Shown: in pieces, positions 41,307 through 53,610 of the stretch | Layout: the number at the start of each line of letters is the position of its first letter | Position numbering within the stretch: the stretch's first letter is position 1 | From: Mantamonas sphyraenae STR306 | Taxonomy: Eukaryota; Protista; CRuMs | Direction of reading: 5' to 3' | Assembly: GCA_026936335.1 (NCBI GenBank) | Contig: JAPMXV010000067.1 | Coordinates: forward strand, 248,001 to 312,000 | Length of the DNA stretch: 64,000 nucleotides | The notes under the pieces: generated by a model | What the model saw: the letters and a program-made list of their open reading frames with translations, nothing else | Database searches by the model: none | What the model was told of the DNA's origin: nothing | Program-made: the position numbers and the translations under genes

Positions 41307-44300
41307 TCATCTGCGGCGTCCCACGGATTTTTCCAGCGCTTTGATCAACTCCAGGTCGTGTTCCACGTCCACTTGGGCCAGAATATCCAAACCTCGCATC
41401 TCGCCGGCTTGTGCATTGCCATCGTCCCCACGTCGCTTCTTGTTGCTGCCACCACGGTCCACTGCGTCTCGCAACGTGTCCAGCAGCCGTTCGCTGGCGT
41501 GGTCCATGGAAGGGGCGGAGCCTATCAAGCCATGATCGGGCTCCAGCAGCTGTACCAGCCGCTCGTGCATCGTTTCGCCGCTGCGGACACTCCAGTAGCC
41601 CACCATGGCACGTGTGAGCTCCCACGTGGCCAGCGTCTCGGCCTGCATCAATCTGTGCACAAGTTGCGCACTCGGCGTGTGGATGGCCCGCGCCAGATTC
41701 ATCAATCCCAACATCATTTCGTTGTGGTCTTCTTTGGTCAGCAGCTCAATGGCCCCGGACACAACGTACTCCAGTTCGGGCTGCGCAGCAGAGCCCATCT
41801 CTGCACACAACAACGACCAGAAGCTTGTCTGTTCAAACGATTCCCATTCACGCGAGCGTGCGATGAGTTTGAGCACGCCGCTGCCGCTGCCCAGAAGCCG
41901 GTACTGATTGGCATACAGGGCCATGCACATCACGCGCAACTGCACAGGGTCCATGGAGCTCACCACCAGTTCGCACACGTCCTCCCGTCCCACCAGCTGC
42001 CTGTCGCACGCGCGCAGCAGCTCCGGCAGCACAGCGTACAGAGTGTCCACATTTTTCACCTGACACGACTGCAGATCCCGCACCATTGTACCGCCCGCGT
42101 CCTCGTCTCCAGACACAAACAGGGTGTACGCACGCAGCAGCCGTCGTCGGTCCTTGCTCACAAACTCCCACGACTCCCACGGCACCAATCGCTTCAACAT
42201 GACGTAACCCAGGTGCGACACCCCGCCCATCACGCTTACCTGTCGCAGCACAGACACAAGCATCTCTTCGTTGGCGCTGCCGAGAGCTCCCAACTGCTGC
42301 TGCTGCTGCTGCTGGTCCTCCTCCTCATCCACACTCTCCACCGCCAGGCGGCTGATGGCAAACTCCACCAGTGCAATCAAAATCACCGAATCGTGCTTGT
42401 GTCGCTCCTCGCGGCGTATCAGCCTGCCCAAGTGCGCGCCGAGACGTGGAAGCACGTCGTCATCTTCGTCGTCAGCATTCGCTTGCGTCGACGCAGATGA
42501 CGATGCGCTGCTGTACGATCGGTTTAAATGCACCAAAAGCGTCATCCATGCACGGCTGCTGGCCTGTGCCAGCGCTCCCACATTGCGACGCGAGACCGTC
42601 ATGTTCACCAGCGACTCCTGCAGCGCTTCGATGTGCGGTACCAGCCCAATGAGCACACCCACGTCGTACTCTCCTTGCAAAGACATTTCTGCATGCATGC
42701 TGTCAGCCTCTGGCAACGGATCCACCTGTCTGTCCTCGTCTTCGTCCACCTCCACCGCCACACTGTCCGTTCCCGCACCCAACAGCCGTTCCGGTGTCGT
42801 TTTGCTGCTGGAAATATGCGCAGCACGTGCGACATTCCTCTCACGATTCCCAGCATCGTGATGCCCGTGCCTGTCCAGGTCCACCGGCGATCCGATGCCA
42901 GCCCTCACTGATCCGTCGTCCGACGACCCATCGCTCGCTGGCACGACGTTTGCCTGTGACCTGCGGCTGTCCTGTTCTTCCTCCTCGTCGTCTTCGTCTT
43001 CGTCGTCGTCGTCCTCATCATCATCATCGTCATCATCATCGTCGTCATCGTCATCTGCCTCTCCTCCACCACTTGCTCGGTCACTGTTGGCCTCGACAGC
43101 CATTGGATCATTGTCGTGCTTGTGCAACACATTGTGTTTGGATGCCATGGACGCCGGCAGGCTGCCAGTAGCCTTGGCGAGGTGCGAGCTCTTGCTCTCA
43201 TTGTCTTCGTCGTCTTCGTCGTCGTCGTCGTCGTCGTCCACGTCATCATCAAACGTGATCTCCACCTCCTCACTCTCACCCACGTCCAGCAAATCGTCCA
43301 GCGGGTCGTCCTGCGAACCGGCATGCATGAGTTCGTGTTCAGGTGTGCGATTGAGCAGGATGCGCGACAGCTTCTTTTCTGTGTAATCAAACAACTCCAG
43401 GAAGGCCTTGCGTTGCTCTGCATCCAGAGCAATGTTGTCAAACACATCCAAGGATGGCAGCAACTGCTGTTCGAGAGCAGCATCCATGCCGCTGGCCAAA
43501 CTCTCGCGTATCTGCTGTTGCAGGCTAGGGTGGTACTCCTTGGCCATGAGGCGCAGGAACTGCATCAGCGACTCGCTGAGGGCCGCGTACTGGTCGATAG
43601 ACTCACTGATGAGCAGGATGGCAGGCTCCACGCGGCGGATGCTGTCTTGGTTGCGGTCAAAGAACATCCAGTCCAGCATGAGGGACAGCTTGGCATTGGC
43701 CGAGCCTGTCTGTGTGTCGACTTTGGTCAAGAACCAGCCGATGAGCGCATAGCGCGGAATGGTTGCGGGCGGCAGGTGCTGGTGGCCGTTGCTGCCCACG
43801 TTGCTTTGCCGCTGGCGCTGGCGGCGCAGTTTGTACGTGGGTGTGGCATTGGGTGAGGAGGAGGAGGACAGCTTAAAGTCGTCGTCTTGGAGACAGGCGA
43901 GGACATAGCGGACAATATCGGCCACGAGGAGACTTGGGTGGGAGACCTGAAGGTGATCACGAGCAAACCACTCAAAGTACCGCTTCTGCTGGCCCTGCTT
44001 GACGTTGGTGACCAGAAAGCGCAGCTTGGTCTCCATGGCAGGACTCACTCTGCAGGACAGGACGTCTGCGGGCGACTCCTTCATGACGATGCTGTGCACC
44101 CCTTTGAGCGATTTGACCCCAAACGAGGACGGGTTGGTGAGCAGCTGTTGCCACACGGCATCTATCTCCTCAACCAACGCCACGTCCTGGAGGGCACGTA
44201 TGAGATCGCGCCCCAGGGTCAGACAGGCGGCCATGCTGTGGTGGAGGAGGTCGACGCAAATGGCCACTTCTCGCCTTTGCAACGCCGCGAGCTGGTGGCT

Positions 44301-45532
44301 GGTGTGCGTGGCCACCATGCGCAGCATTGTGTAGAGCACGTGTGGAACCAGGCCATGATTGCCATGCAGCCATTGGGGATGGTTTTCAAACACGGCCAAG
44401 AGAGTCGTGTTCAGCCACACGTTGGCGGTGCTGGTGTCACCAGTGCATAGATTGCGCAGAAGCTTCACACACAGCTCTGGAGCCTTGGCTGCATCCATGC
44501 CCACACATTGTTCAAAGAACCACAGCAGCTGCGTGCGGTACAGGGCCGAGACGCGTCAGTGTCGCGAACCAGGAACGGGAAGAAGAAATACAAGGAAGTT
44601 TTCCACGGCGCCTCCACACCAGCACCGCAGGGGATCGCCTGAGGAATGCCTCGTGTGTCCATGCCTATGATCATCTCTCCTGCTGAGGTGGCCTCTCCAC
44701 TTACGTTTCCGCGCACAGCTCGGTGCATGAGGGCGTAGTGTTCACACAAAGCGGTCGCGAGCTGCAGCACCTCGTCGTATCCGTCACGCAGAGTCGACAC
44801 CATGATGCGGACACACTGTAGATGTGTTTCCACGAGACGTCAAGCGGGGTCAGCGATCTACGCAGTCCACAGATGTGTGGATGGGCGTGCGGAGGAACGA
44901 AAACGCCGGCGACTGGTTTGCGGGACGGAGGATTGCTTCCATCATCAGCAGAGAGCCCGTCGGGACTTCCAGTACGCCTGTCACACACGTCGCAAACTCA
45001 CCTGCTGTGCACTCTGCTCGCTTTGACTGGTCAAAACACCATACAGCAGCGCCTGGCTGAGGTGACTATGGCTGCCAGAGGAACTCTGCGCAAAAAAAGA
45101 ACGCGGAGGACAAGCCGCGCGTGGCCCTTTGTCAGCTTCTGCGCCCGAAACAGCGCCGGGCGGCGGCCGAGGGTAACACAGCAGGGTGGGGACGGCACTT
45201 ACCATGCGAAACAGCTTGTTGCTGTTCTCCACGTCGTCTGGCTCCTCCAACACATCGCTCAGGTCCTTGTACGCGTTCTCCAGTGAGACGTCGATTTGGG
45301 GACGGACGTCCACCAGAGTGAGCTCGAGGAGGCGGGACGGATTGACGAAGCGCTCGTTTGAAAAGGCCTCTCGCGAATTTGCGGAAGAACGCCGCTTCTG
45401 TGCCTGCGCCACCGTGGACGAGACACTAGTCGACGAGCCGGCAGACGCCACGGAAGCGACAGAGGCGATCGACGAAGCCGACGATGGAAGTTGGGCACCC
45501 CCGGTTGAAGACCTGGCGTACAGAGGGTCCAT
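41307..45532 (-). CDS. INTS3: Integrator complex subunit 3 (SOSS-A); exons 45532-45203, 45085-45002, 44815-44705, 44528-41307
   Basis: GRDLIRALQDVA, METKLRFL..VKQGQQKRYFEWF, PRYALIGW, ANAKLSLMLDWMFF and EPAILL. Three phase-0 GT-AG introns. Confidence 0.88.
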
Positions 45533-45635
45533 CTCTTCTGACTATTGGCAATGGCAACAAGGTGCGGGGCCAAGCCCAATGGGGAGATGGGTTGGAGGAG
45601 CAAGGGGAACTGCCTTCACTGTTTGTCTTCTGCTC

Positions 45636-48600
45636 TCACACGCGTGCAAGGAGCTCGTCAATGGCCATCATGTTGTCTTGGTTGTCATGGCCATAGGCAA
45701 TATCACCGGCACTGCTGCTGCTGCTGCTGCTGCTGCTGCTACTGGACCTGCCGCCGAGCGGGGCTGTGGAGGTGCTGCTGCCTGCACCATAGAACACCGA
45801 GGGGTGCTCCAGATGCCACATGACCACTTCGTAAAGCCAGTCAAAGTTGTGGAACTTGGCAATGCTCGCAAATGTGCGGAGGTTGCGGCGGAACTCGTCG
45901 GCGTTTGTGCGCAGACGGTAGGTGCCCGTGCAGGAGCAGGACTCGTCGAGGTTGGCTCGTTTGATGGTGCCACAGTTGACACAGTATGCATCTTGGAGCT
46001 GGTAGGACAGCGACTTGTCCTGGATGATGTTGACCAGGCGCGTTTCGACGGCGGCCTTGTTGTACGGGTGGTTGCACTGGCTGCATCGCCACTTGTGCTC
46101 AATCAGGTTGTGCTCACGGCAAAGATCCAGGTCGCAAGCAAAGTCGCAGTATTGGCAGATGACATCTTGGAGCACGTAGGTGAGGCATGGGTCGCGGAAC
46201 TGCGCCTCGGGTGCAAACTCGCCCACCTGGATGGTACGCAGCAGATTCTTCTTCATGATGCGCACCGACTCTCGGATCTCCGGGTCCAGAGCAAACACGT
46301 GACACAAAAAGTTGACCAATTCCAGCGCAGGGTTGGTCATCTTACGGTGGGAGCCCGGCAACTCCGGGAACGAGCTGCCCGTCGTGTCCGAGTGCATCTG
46401 CTCGTGGATGCCTTCCACCACTTTGAAGAGCTTGCTGGAAAAGTGCACGTTGATCAGGCGATTGCGTTGGTCGCGCAGCCAGTCCTCTGCCATCTTCTTC
46501 TTGGCTGCCTTGATGTCCATTACGCTGCCACCCAGGTTGGTCAGCTTGTTCTCGCCAGAGTTTTCGTCGTTGAAGCCCCCCATGGCCGACAGAGAGCCTG
46601 CGCCTCGTTTCTCGCCAAGGGTGGCATCCAAACCCACACCCGTCTTGCACTTGCGCTCCAGCGCGTCCTGCTTCATCATGAACTGCACCACAAAGTGTTC
46701 AAACAGCTGTTGGATGTGCTCGGGCAGGTATGTGGCAATGTTAAACTCATACATCAGATGCTTCTGCTCGGCTGTGCTTCCTGTCGTTCCCCGCTGCTTC
46801 CCTCGGCCACCGCTCCCTGCATGTGCCTGGGCGTGCTCCTGGGCCAATTGTTGCGAGTCCAGATGCATGGCTTCTGACAGCGACGTGGTGTCGCCCTCAC
46901 CCTGGGATGCAGCAGCCGCAGCGGCAGCCGCCTCCTGGGCCGCCTGCTGCTCCAACAGATGCTCGCGCCACACCTCTTCGGCCTTCTTGTTGAAGCCTGC
47001 GTAGTTGGCACGGTCCATGTACACAAAGTGCGACCAGTAGTCGGTGGGGTCGATCTCCAGATGGGAGAACAAATCGCGCTTGCGGATGACGTGGAGGATG
47101 TAGCGCACGTAGGCCTGTGCGTTGCGAAAGTCGCTCTTGTTGGTGCCAATGATGATCTTGTTGAAGTTTGCATACACAATCGTGGAGCCCAGGCGCTGCA
47201 GCTCGCCCAGCAGCTGCTGGAAAACCTTTCGCATCAGCTTGTGCACGATGTAGGCCAGCATGGGGTCGTGTGATTCGGCACTGACGGTGCGCACCCAGCG
47301 GTAAAAGTGCTGGGCCACGTTGTCTGCAAAGCCGTTGCTGTGCTCCACGGCGTCCTGCACCCACTGATGCACAAGCGACTTGAGGATGCGAAACGCAGAC
47401 GCACAGCGCACCGACTCGTCCATGATGTTGTACGACGACACCATCTTGTCAGCGCCGCTGCTGCTCAGGCTAGTCGTGGCCACAAAGTCCAGGCCTCCGT
47501 CGTCCAGGAACGAGGAGCGGATCACGGCGTTCACCGCCAGGTTGCTCAGGTGCAACGAGACACACACGTTGCGGTACACGCCTGCCTGAAGCAGCTCCGG
47601 GTTGCTCAGCTCTTCTGCAAACAGGTTCTCGTCCGTTTGCGACCCTCCCAGATCCGGCCGCTTGGACTTGCTCGTCCACAGCAGGCTCTTGGCTCGCTTG
47701 AGCTGGCGTGCGTACATGAGGTCGGCCACAAAGACAGGGTGGTCGCGTGTGAGGTTGCCTACAGGGGCCAGGGCAAAGCGTGCATAGCCCACCTGATCCA
47801 TGAACCATTCGTGGGCGCTCAGGTAGTAGCTGACCAGTCGGTCGCTGATGAATGTCTGCCAGCCCAGCTGCGGGAACTGCAGGTCCTGGCCATTGGTCAG
47901 CAGCTGCAAGGTGGGGAACTTGTCCAGGGCCTTGGCCATCTTGCGCAGGCGGTCATGCTTGACGCTCGACTGCACAATCAACAGCGTGGGTCCTTCCAGA
48001 CCGGCGTACGTGTTCAGCACCTGCTGCATGCGGTTTTGTGCTCGCTTGCGCGTGTCCATGTGCAGTTCAATGGCCATGTCTGCGTCGTAACCCTGCTGCG
48101 TCAACGTGGAGGCGCGGCGTGCAAAGTGCTCGCGGTACAGGCGGTCGATGTTGGGCCGGTCGACGTTGTTGATGCCACGCGAGGCAAAGCACATCACGTC
48201 TGCGCTGCTGCCGTCCATGTTGATGACAGCCGCCATGCCGTGGCCGTTGCGCTCGCAGTAAAACACAAAGATCTTGCGGAAGGAGACGTCGGGCAGATAG
48301 GGATACTCGGCAGTGTTGCGGAACTGCAGGTCCTCCATGTCAAACACGTCTTGGTTGATGCGCTTGGTGCGTGCGTGCTTCTTGACCGAGACCACACAGC
48401 CGAGCTGTTGGATGGCACGCGACAGCAGAGGCACCTGCGTCTCGTACACTCCTTCCACGTCGCTGGATTGGAACAGCTGCCGCAGCGCCTTGGCCTCCTC
48501 TTGGTAGGCCTGCTCGCTCATGCGCACCTCGTACAGATAGCCTGCTTTTTTGCTGTGTGGCAGTTCCATGGTCACAGGCTTCATCACTGACTCGTCCACT

Positions 48601-49309
48601 TGCGCTGGCTCGTGCTGGTTGACATACAGCACACGAGGCACACGCAGGTGCACCTGTCGGAACTCTCCACCTGTCATCACCCACGTACGGAACACTCCAG
48701 GCTCCACGGGTGTGCTCTCGATGCCCACAATGCTCCAGAACCGCGTCGATGCCATATGCTCGGCCCGTCGGCTGGCGCTTCCTGGCGCAATCAACCCTGC
48801 GCCACGTCCGCCTGCATGTTCCAGTTCCATCAACGGCTGCGCAGGCGACGGCGTCACTGTGGACTGGTCGCGCTGCGCACGCGCCTTGCGCTCCTTGCGC
48901 TGCAGCTTCCACTTCCACTTCATGTACCGCAGCCACTCCTGAGCGTCTTCTTCACGAGTGCACGGTGGCTCTGCTGGCAGGTCGCGCAATGAGCGGAATC
49001 GGCGCGAACGCGGGTCGAATTCACTTTCCAGCTCCTCCTCGTCGACCCCAGCCTGGTTCTTGCCCTTGCCACGGCGTTTGCGCTTGGGGTCGTAGAAGCC
49101 TGTGTTGCTTGCGCGTTCCATCTCGATGCGCTGCTGGAACCGTGCAAACTGGCTCTCCATCACGTCCAGCTGCCTGCGGCTGCCGCCCGCTTCAGACCCT
49201 GCCTTCTTGGTCACTCGGGGTCGTCCCAGTTTCGTTGGCGATTCGCCTGAGATGGTGTACCCAATGTTTTCGATTTCGGTCAGGGCCATAGAGCCGACGC
49301 CGTCTGTGG

Positions 49310-49340
<31 letters not shown>

Positions 49341-52300
49341 TTCACCTCCGCTGCCGTTGCTATCCTCCACGTCTGTGATGCGCTCAAAGTCCAGCTTGCG
49401 CTGCTGGAATCGGTCGTTCTTGGCACGCACGCGCTTCTCGAGCCAGTCCGGGTGAGGTACGCGCGGCACAGGATTGGCCACCTTTTGCATGGCTGCCGGG
49501 ATGGTGATGATCTTTTGGATGGTGGAACCCAGCCGCTCCATGTAGTAGTCCCAGTCGATGATGCTGCGGATGTCAAACTCGCACATGGAGGCGTCGCGCG
49601 TCCATTTCTTCAGATAGGAGCGCTTCACGCTCTCCTCGGCGCTAAAGATCTGCAGGGGCACTGCGCGAGTGCTGACAGGGTCACCCACAGGCTTGCGAGA
49701 AATGACAAAGTGACAATTGAGGCCCTTTTCGCGCACCATCTGGTCACCCAGAAACTCTGCAATACGACGTGCCGCAGTGATTGTCGTTGACTTTTGCTCG
49801 CCGTACTCGTCCAGTCGCTTGCTCATCGTGCGATGCTCTCCAATCAGGTCGACCAGTTCGTCCGTCTCGATCCCTTCGCCGCGGCAGTCCAGCACGTCCA
49901 GCCAGCGGTTGGCCACAATGGCCACCGAGTCGTAGCACTCCTCCAGCGTGCTGCCTTCCAGGAACTTTTCAAATACCTGCGACTGGAAGATCTTGATGAT
50001 GTTCAGCTCGCCGCGGCGCTTGAGCTCAAAGCCCTTGAGTTCGGCCAGAGTGTGGTCGTCATTGAAGACGGCGTAGCGCTTCTTCAGCAACTTGTCTTCC
50101 TCTTTGGAGGCGGGCAAGATCATGGCCAAGTAGGGACCGTCGACTTCAAACTCGATGGAGTTTTCGCTGTGCGTGTCGTAGTCGCCCGTGTTCTCATTCA
50201 GGTTCTGGTACTGATGGTTGGTAAAGTTGTCGTGGACGCCCTTGTTGAGGACCACGCACGGGTAGTTGATATTGTACTTGGCCTTTCTTGGGGTTGGTAG
50301 TGCGCAGGGTGAAGTTTTCGGGAAAGGTGCTCGGGAGGCAGCACCAAATGCCGTCTGTGTCGAGCTCGAGGGGTTTCCCGACGCGCTCTACGAGTTCGCG
50401 CGCCTGTGTGATGATGCAAGCGCCCGTGTATGTGACAATGCCGGCCATCTCCATGCTGTACCAGCGTGAGCCTCGTCGCATGACGTAGCCGTAGAACGAG
50501 TTGAGGATGCACTTGTGGGCAAGCTGCAGCGAGTCGTAGAGCACCACCATGTCCTTTCCGTGCTTGATGCGCTCCAGATCCTTGTCCTGCACCGCCTCGT
50601 CTGTCTTGTTCTTCCACTTTTTCAGCTCCTTCTTGTACGTGTAGCGACGATCGCGGAACATGCGCACGGTGTCGACGTAGAAAGGGTTCTCGCGCTGGCA
50701 CACTGTGTCCTGCTTTTGGCCTCTTCGCGCAGCTTGCTCTTGCGGTACACCTTGGACGAGAGGCTTTTGAGGCGCTTGCGGATGAGCACGCTTTGGTCGG
50801 CTTCGTTGAGCTGGTGGAAAAACACGGGCTCGCCCTCCTCGTCGCGCGGGTTTGGGAAGCGCTCGGTTTCCAGCTGGCTGCGGATGTGCTCAAAGTCCGC
50901 CCTGTTGCAAGGGCTGTACTCGCCGCGCCAGATCCACTCCATGCTGCGCTGGCAGCCGTTCTGCGGATCGTTGAAATCGCACGCGGCACACATCTCCTGG
51001 CTGACAATGGACGAAGGCTGCAGGCGGTTGGTCAGGATGATGTTGGGGTACATGGCACTGACGTCGAGATGGTAGATCTGAGGGCATTCGACGCGCATGG
51101 GGGTGTCGCGAAGGTCCACCAGCCCCTGGATGATTTCGTCACGCACCTGGTCGTAGTTGGTGACCTCTTCGAGGGTCAGGCCGCCCTCGACGCAGATGGA
51201 GAACTCGAGGTACTCGTCGACGCGGTCAATGAGCTCCTGAAAGGCGTCGGGCTCGAGTTTGAACTTGCACGGGATATCGGAGCGGAAGACGCCCGACTCG
51301 AGGGCTTCGACGTGGCCACCGATGTAGGTTTCAGTTTCGAGAAGATGGCCGTTGTGGAAGCTGTAGGTGGGGTCGACGTGCTTGTTAGGCGCAACGATGT
51401 TCTTGTGGAAGGCCTCGACCATGAGGAGGGTTTCGCACAGGGTACCGCTGCCCTTGCGCAGGACGTCGTCCGGGTGCATGGGGATGATGTTGCAGAGGGA
51501 AAAGATAAAGGGATGGACGTAGGTCATGTACAGGTAGTAGGTTGCAACGGCGTCGGAGACGGAGTAGGAGGCCATGACCTGGGGCCGCTCTTGGGCAGCG
51601 TTGAGCATCTCCTCGGGGTCGATCTCGACCGGATCGTATCCGAGCTTGTGCTTGCAGACAGCTTTGAGGCCCTGGGAACCTTGCGGGAGGTAGGAGTCGC
51701 GCTTGACCCAGTTGAAGGCGTCGAGATGGGAGCAAAAGCGGGAGGTGTAGATGTCCTGAAGGTTCTTGGAGAAGCCAATCTCGCGCTGCATGTCGAGGCC
51801 GTGGTGCTTGGCACGCGTCTCGACAAAGGGCCAATCGAAAAAGTCGCCGTTGTAGGTGACAATTACGGTGGGGCGGACCTGGCGGATGTGCTCAAAGAAG
51901 CAGGTGATGAGGTCGTATTCGTTGGCCTTGTTCCAGACAATGAACTCGCCGGGCAGATCTGGCTTGGGTGTGTACTCAAAGTCCTGGATGTCCGCTGTGA
52001 CGACCTCACGGTTGATGATGAGGTAGCCCTGGCCGTCGATCATGTAGGAAATCATGTAGATGGCGTCGATTTCTGCGTCGGGGAACTTGAGGGGCATCTT
52101 TGTGGTTTCGATATCAAAGGCAAGCACGCGTACCTCTGCACGCTCGATGATGTCCTGCTTCTCCAGCTGGCAGACGCCAGCACGTGCGGTGACCATGTAC
52201 CAATAGCCCACGCGGAAGTCCTGGTCGATGGCGACGCGGACGTAGTAGGGGACGTCGTACTCGCGCAGGTCGACAATGGCCTGCATGAGACTGAGGTCTG

Positions 52301-53559
52301 TGTTTGCGTGAGCCGAAGAGGAAGAGGAGCTGCTACTGCTGCTGCTGCTGCTGCTGCTGCTATTGTACAGACCGCCAAACGAGGAGGATGAGGAAGAGGA
52401 TGCTGAAGCAGAGATGTCAATGAGGTCTGTGTCCATGTGAGTGTCGTTCTTTGCGGCCTTGCGGTTCTTGCGGAGGATGCGCTCGATGTCTCGGCGCACC
52501 GCGACAAGGTCGTCGACTGTGTGGAAGAGCATTTTGTAGTACGTGGCCTTGATACCCGAGAGGTGGTTCGGCTGTGATGGCGGGTAGTGGGAGCGGGAGT
52601 GAGGTGTGGAGAAGAACGTGTGAGCGAGCAAGGCGGCCAAAAAGCAGACGGGGTGATGATCACCACGAACGGCTGACAGGGCAAGCTGCGTCGAAATATG
52701 ACGCAGCACAGGAGAGGCAGAGGCGCAAAGAGAACGGGCGGTGTAAAGAACAAGGGCACAGGGAAACGCAAGGAGCGGGGTTGGGCAGACGTACGAGATC
52801 GAGGTCCTCCTTGCTGACAGTCTGGATGCGAGCGAGGTTGTGGATGTAGTTCTTCTGCAGCTGGGAGAGCGTGGCCTCGGCCATGTCGTCCTTGATGCGC
52901 AGATAGAAGTAGGGCTCGCACATGTAGGTGCTCTTGAATGTTTTCCCGTCCTGTGGGGTCATAAAGGCAAGGCGTGAAGGGCGGTGGCCTGAGTGTGAGG
53001 GCGGAAGGGGCAAATGGGAGGCGGCCTGATCAAGCGAGACGGCTGCGCTTTCGGACGGCCGGCAAACGCAGAGGCGCAGGCACAGACGCATACAAAACGC
53101 ACCTGTTGAATAAAATAGTAGTCGATGCCGCTCTTGAGACGTCCTTCCTCGTCAGTGAGGGTGGTCTGTGGGTGGCCAGGGCGGTGTCAGGGGTGAATGT
53201 TTTTTTTTTGCGCGGGCTTTTGGCGCCAAAAAATCGCGGGAGGGGTGGGGCGTGGCAGGCAGATGGCAGGCACGCACAGGCTTCATGTTGGTCATCCAGC
53301 CGAGACGGCTGGGTCCGTCGCTGTATTTCTCGTAGCCAAAGAAGGCATCTGAGGAATCGTTCTTCTCCTGCAGCTGCTTCTTGGTCTCGATGGTGGCCTC
53401 GGTCAATTTGGTGACGCGCTTGCCCGAGCGGCGACCTGAGGAGCGGCGGTGTGTGTTGTTGCCACGGCCATTGACGCCTGTGCCTCCGATGAAGTTGCCG
53501 CTGCCCAGGTCCTGGGCGGATGCTTTGCGTGAGCGTTTGGGGACGCGGTAGCCGCTCAT
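45636..53559 (-). CDS. POLE: DNA polymerase epsilon catalytic subunit; exons 53559-53278, 53165-53103, 52950-52795, 52571-45636, with two apparent 1-nt frameshifts (~50715, ~50285)
   Basis: LAFDIETTK (exonuclease), [54 protein letters not shown] and C-terminal Cys clusters. Confidence 0.96.
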
Positions 53560-53610
53560 GGAGATTGGAGTGGTTTGGAGTGGGCAGGTTGGTGGGGGAT
53601 TCATTCGAGC

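Noticed and set aside
42895-43386. Poly-Ser plus-strand ORF
   Set aside because: It is the antisense reading of the Asp/Glu-rich linker of INTS3.
45636-53559. POLE as a split gene or pseudogene
   Set aside because: All catalytic motifs are intact and the breaks are single-base changes in A-runs, best explained as sequence errors.
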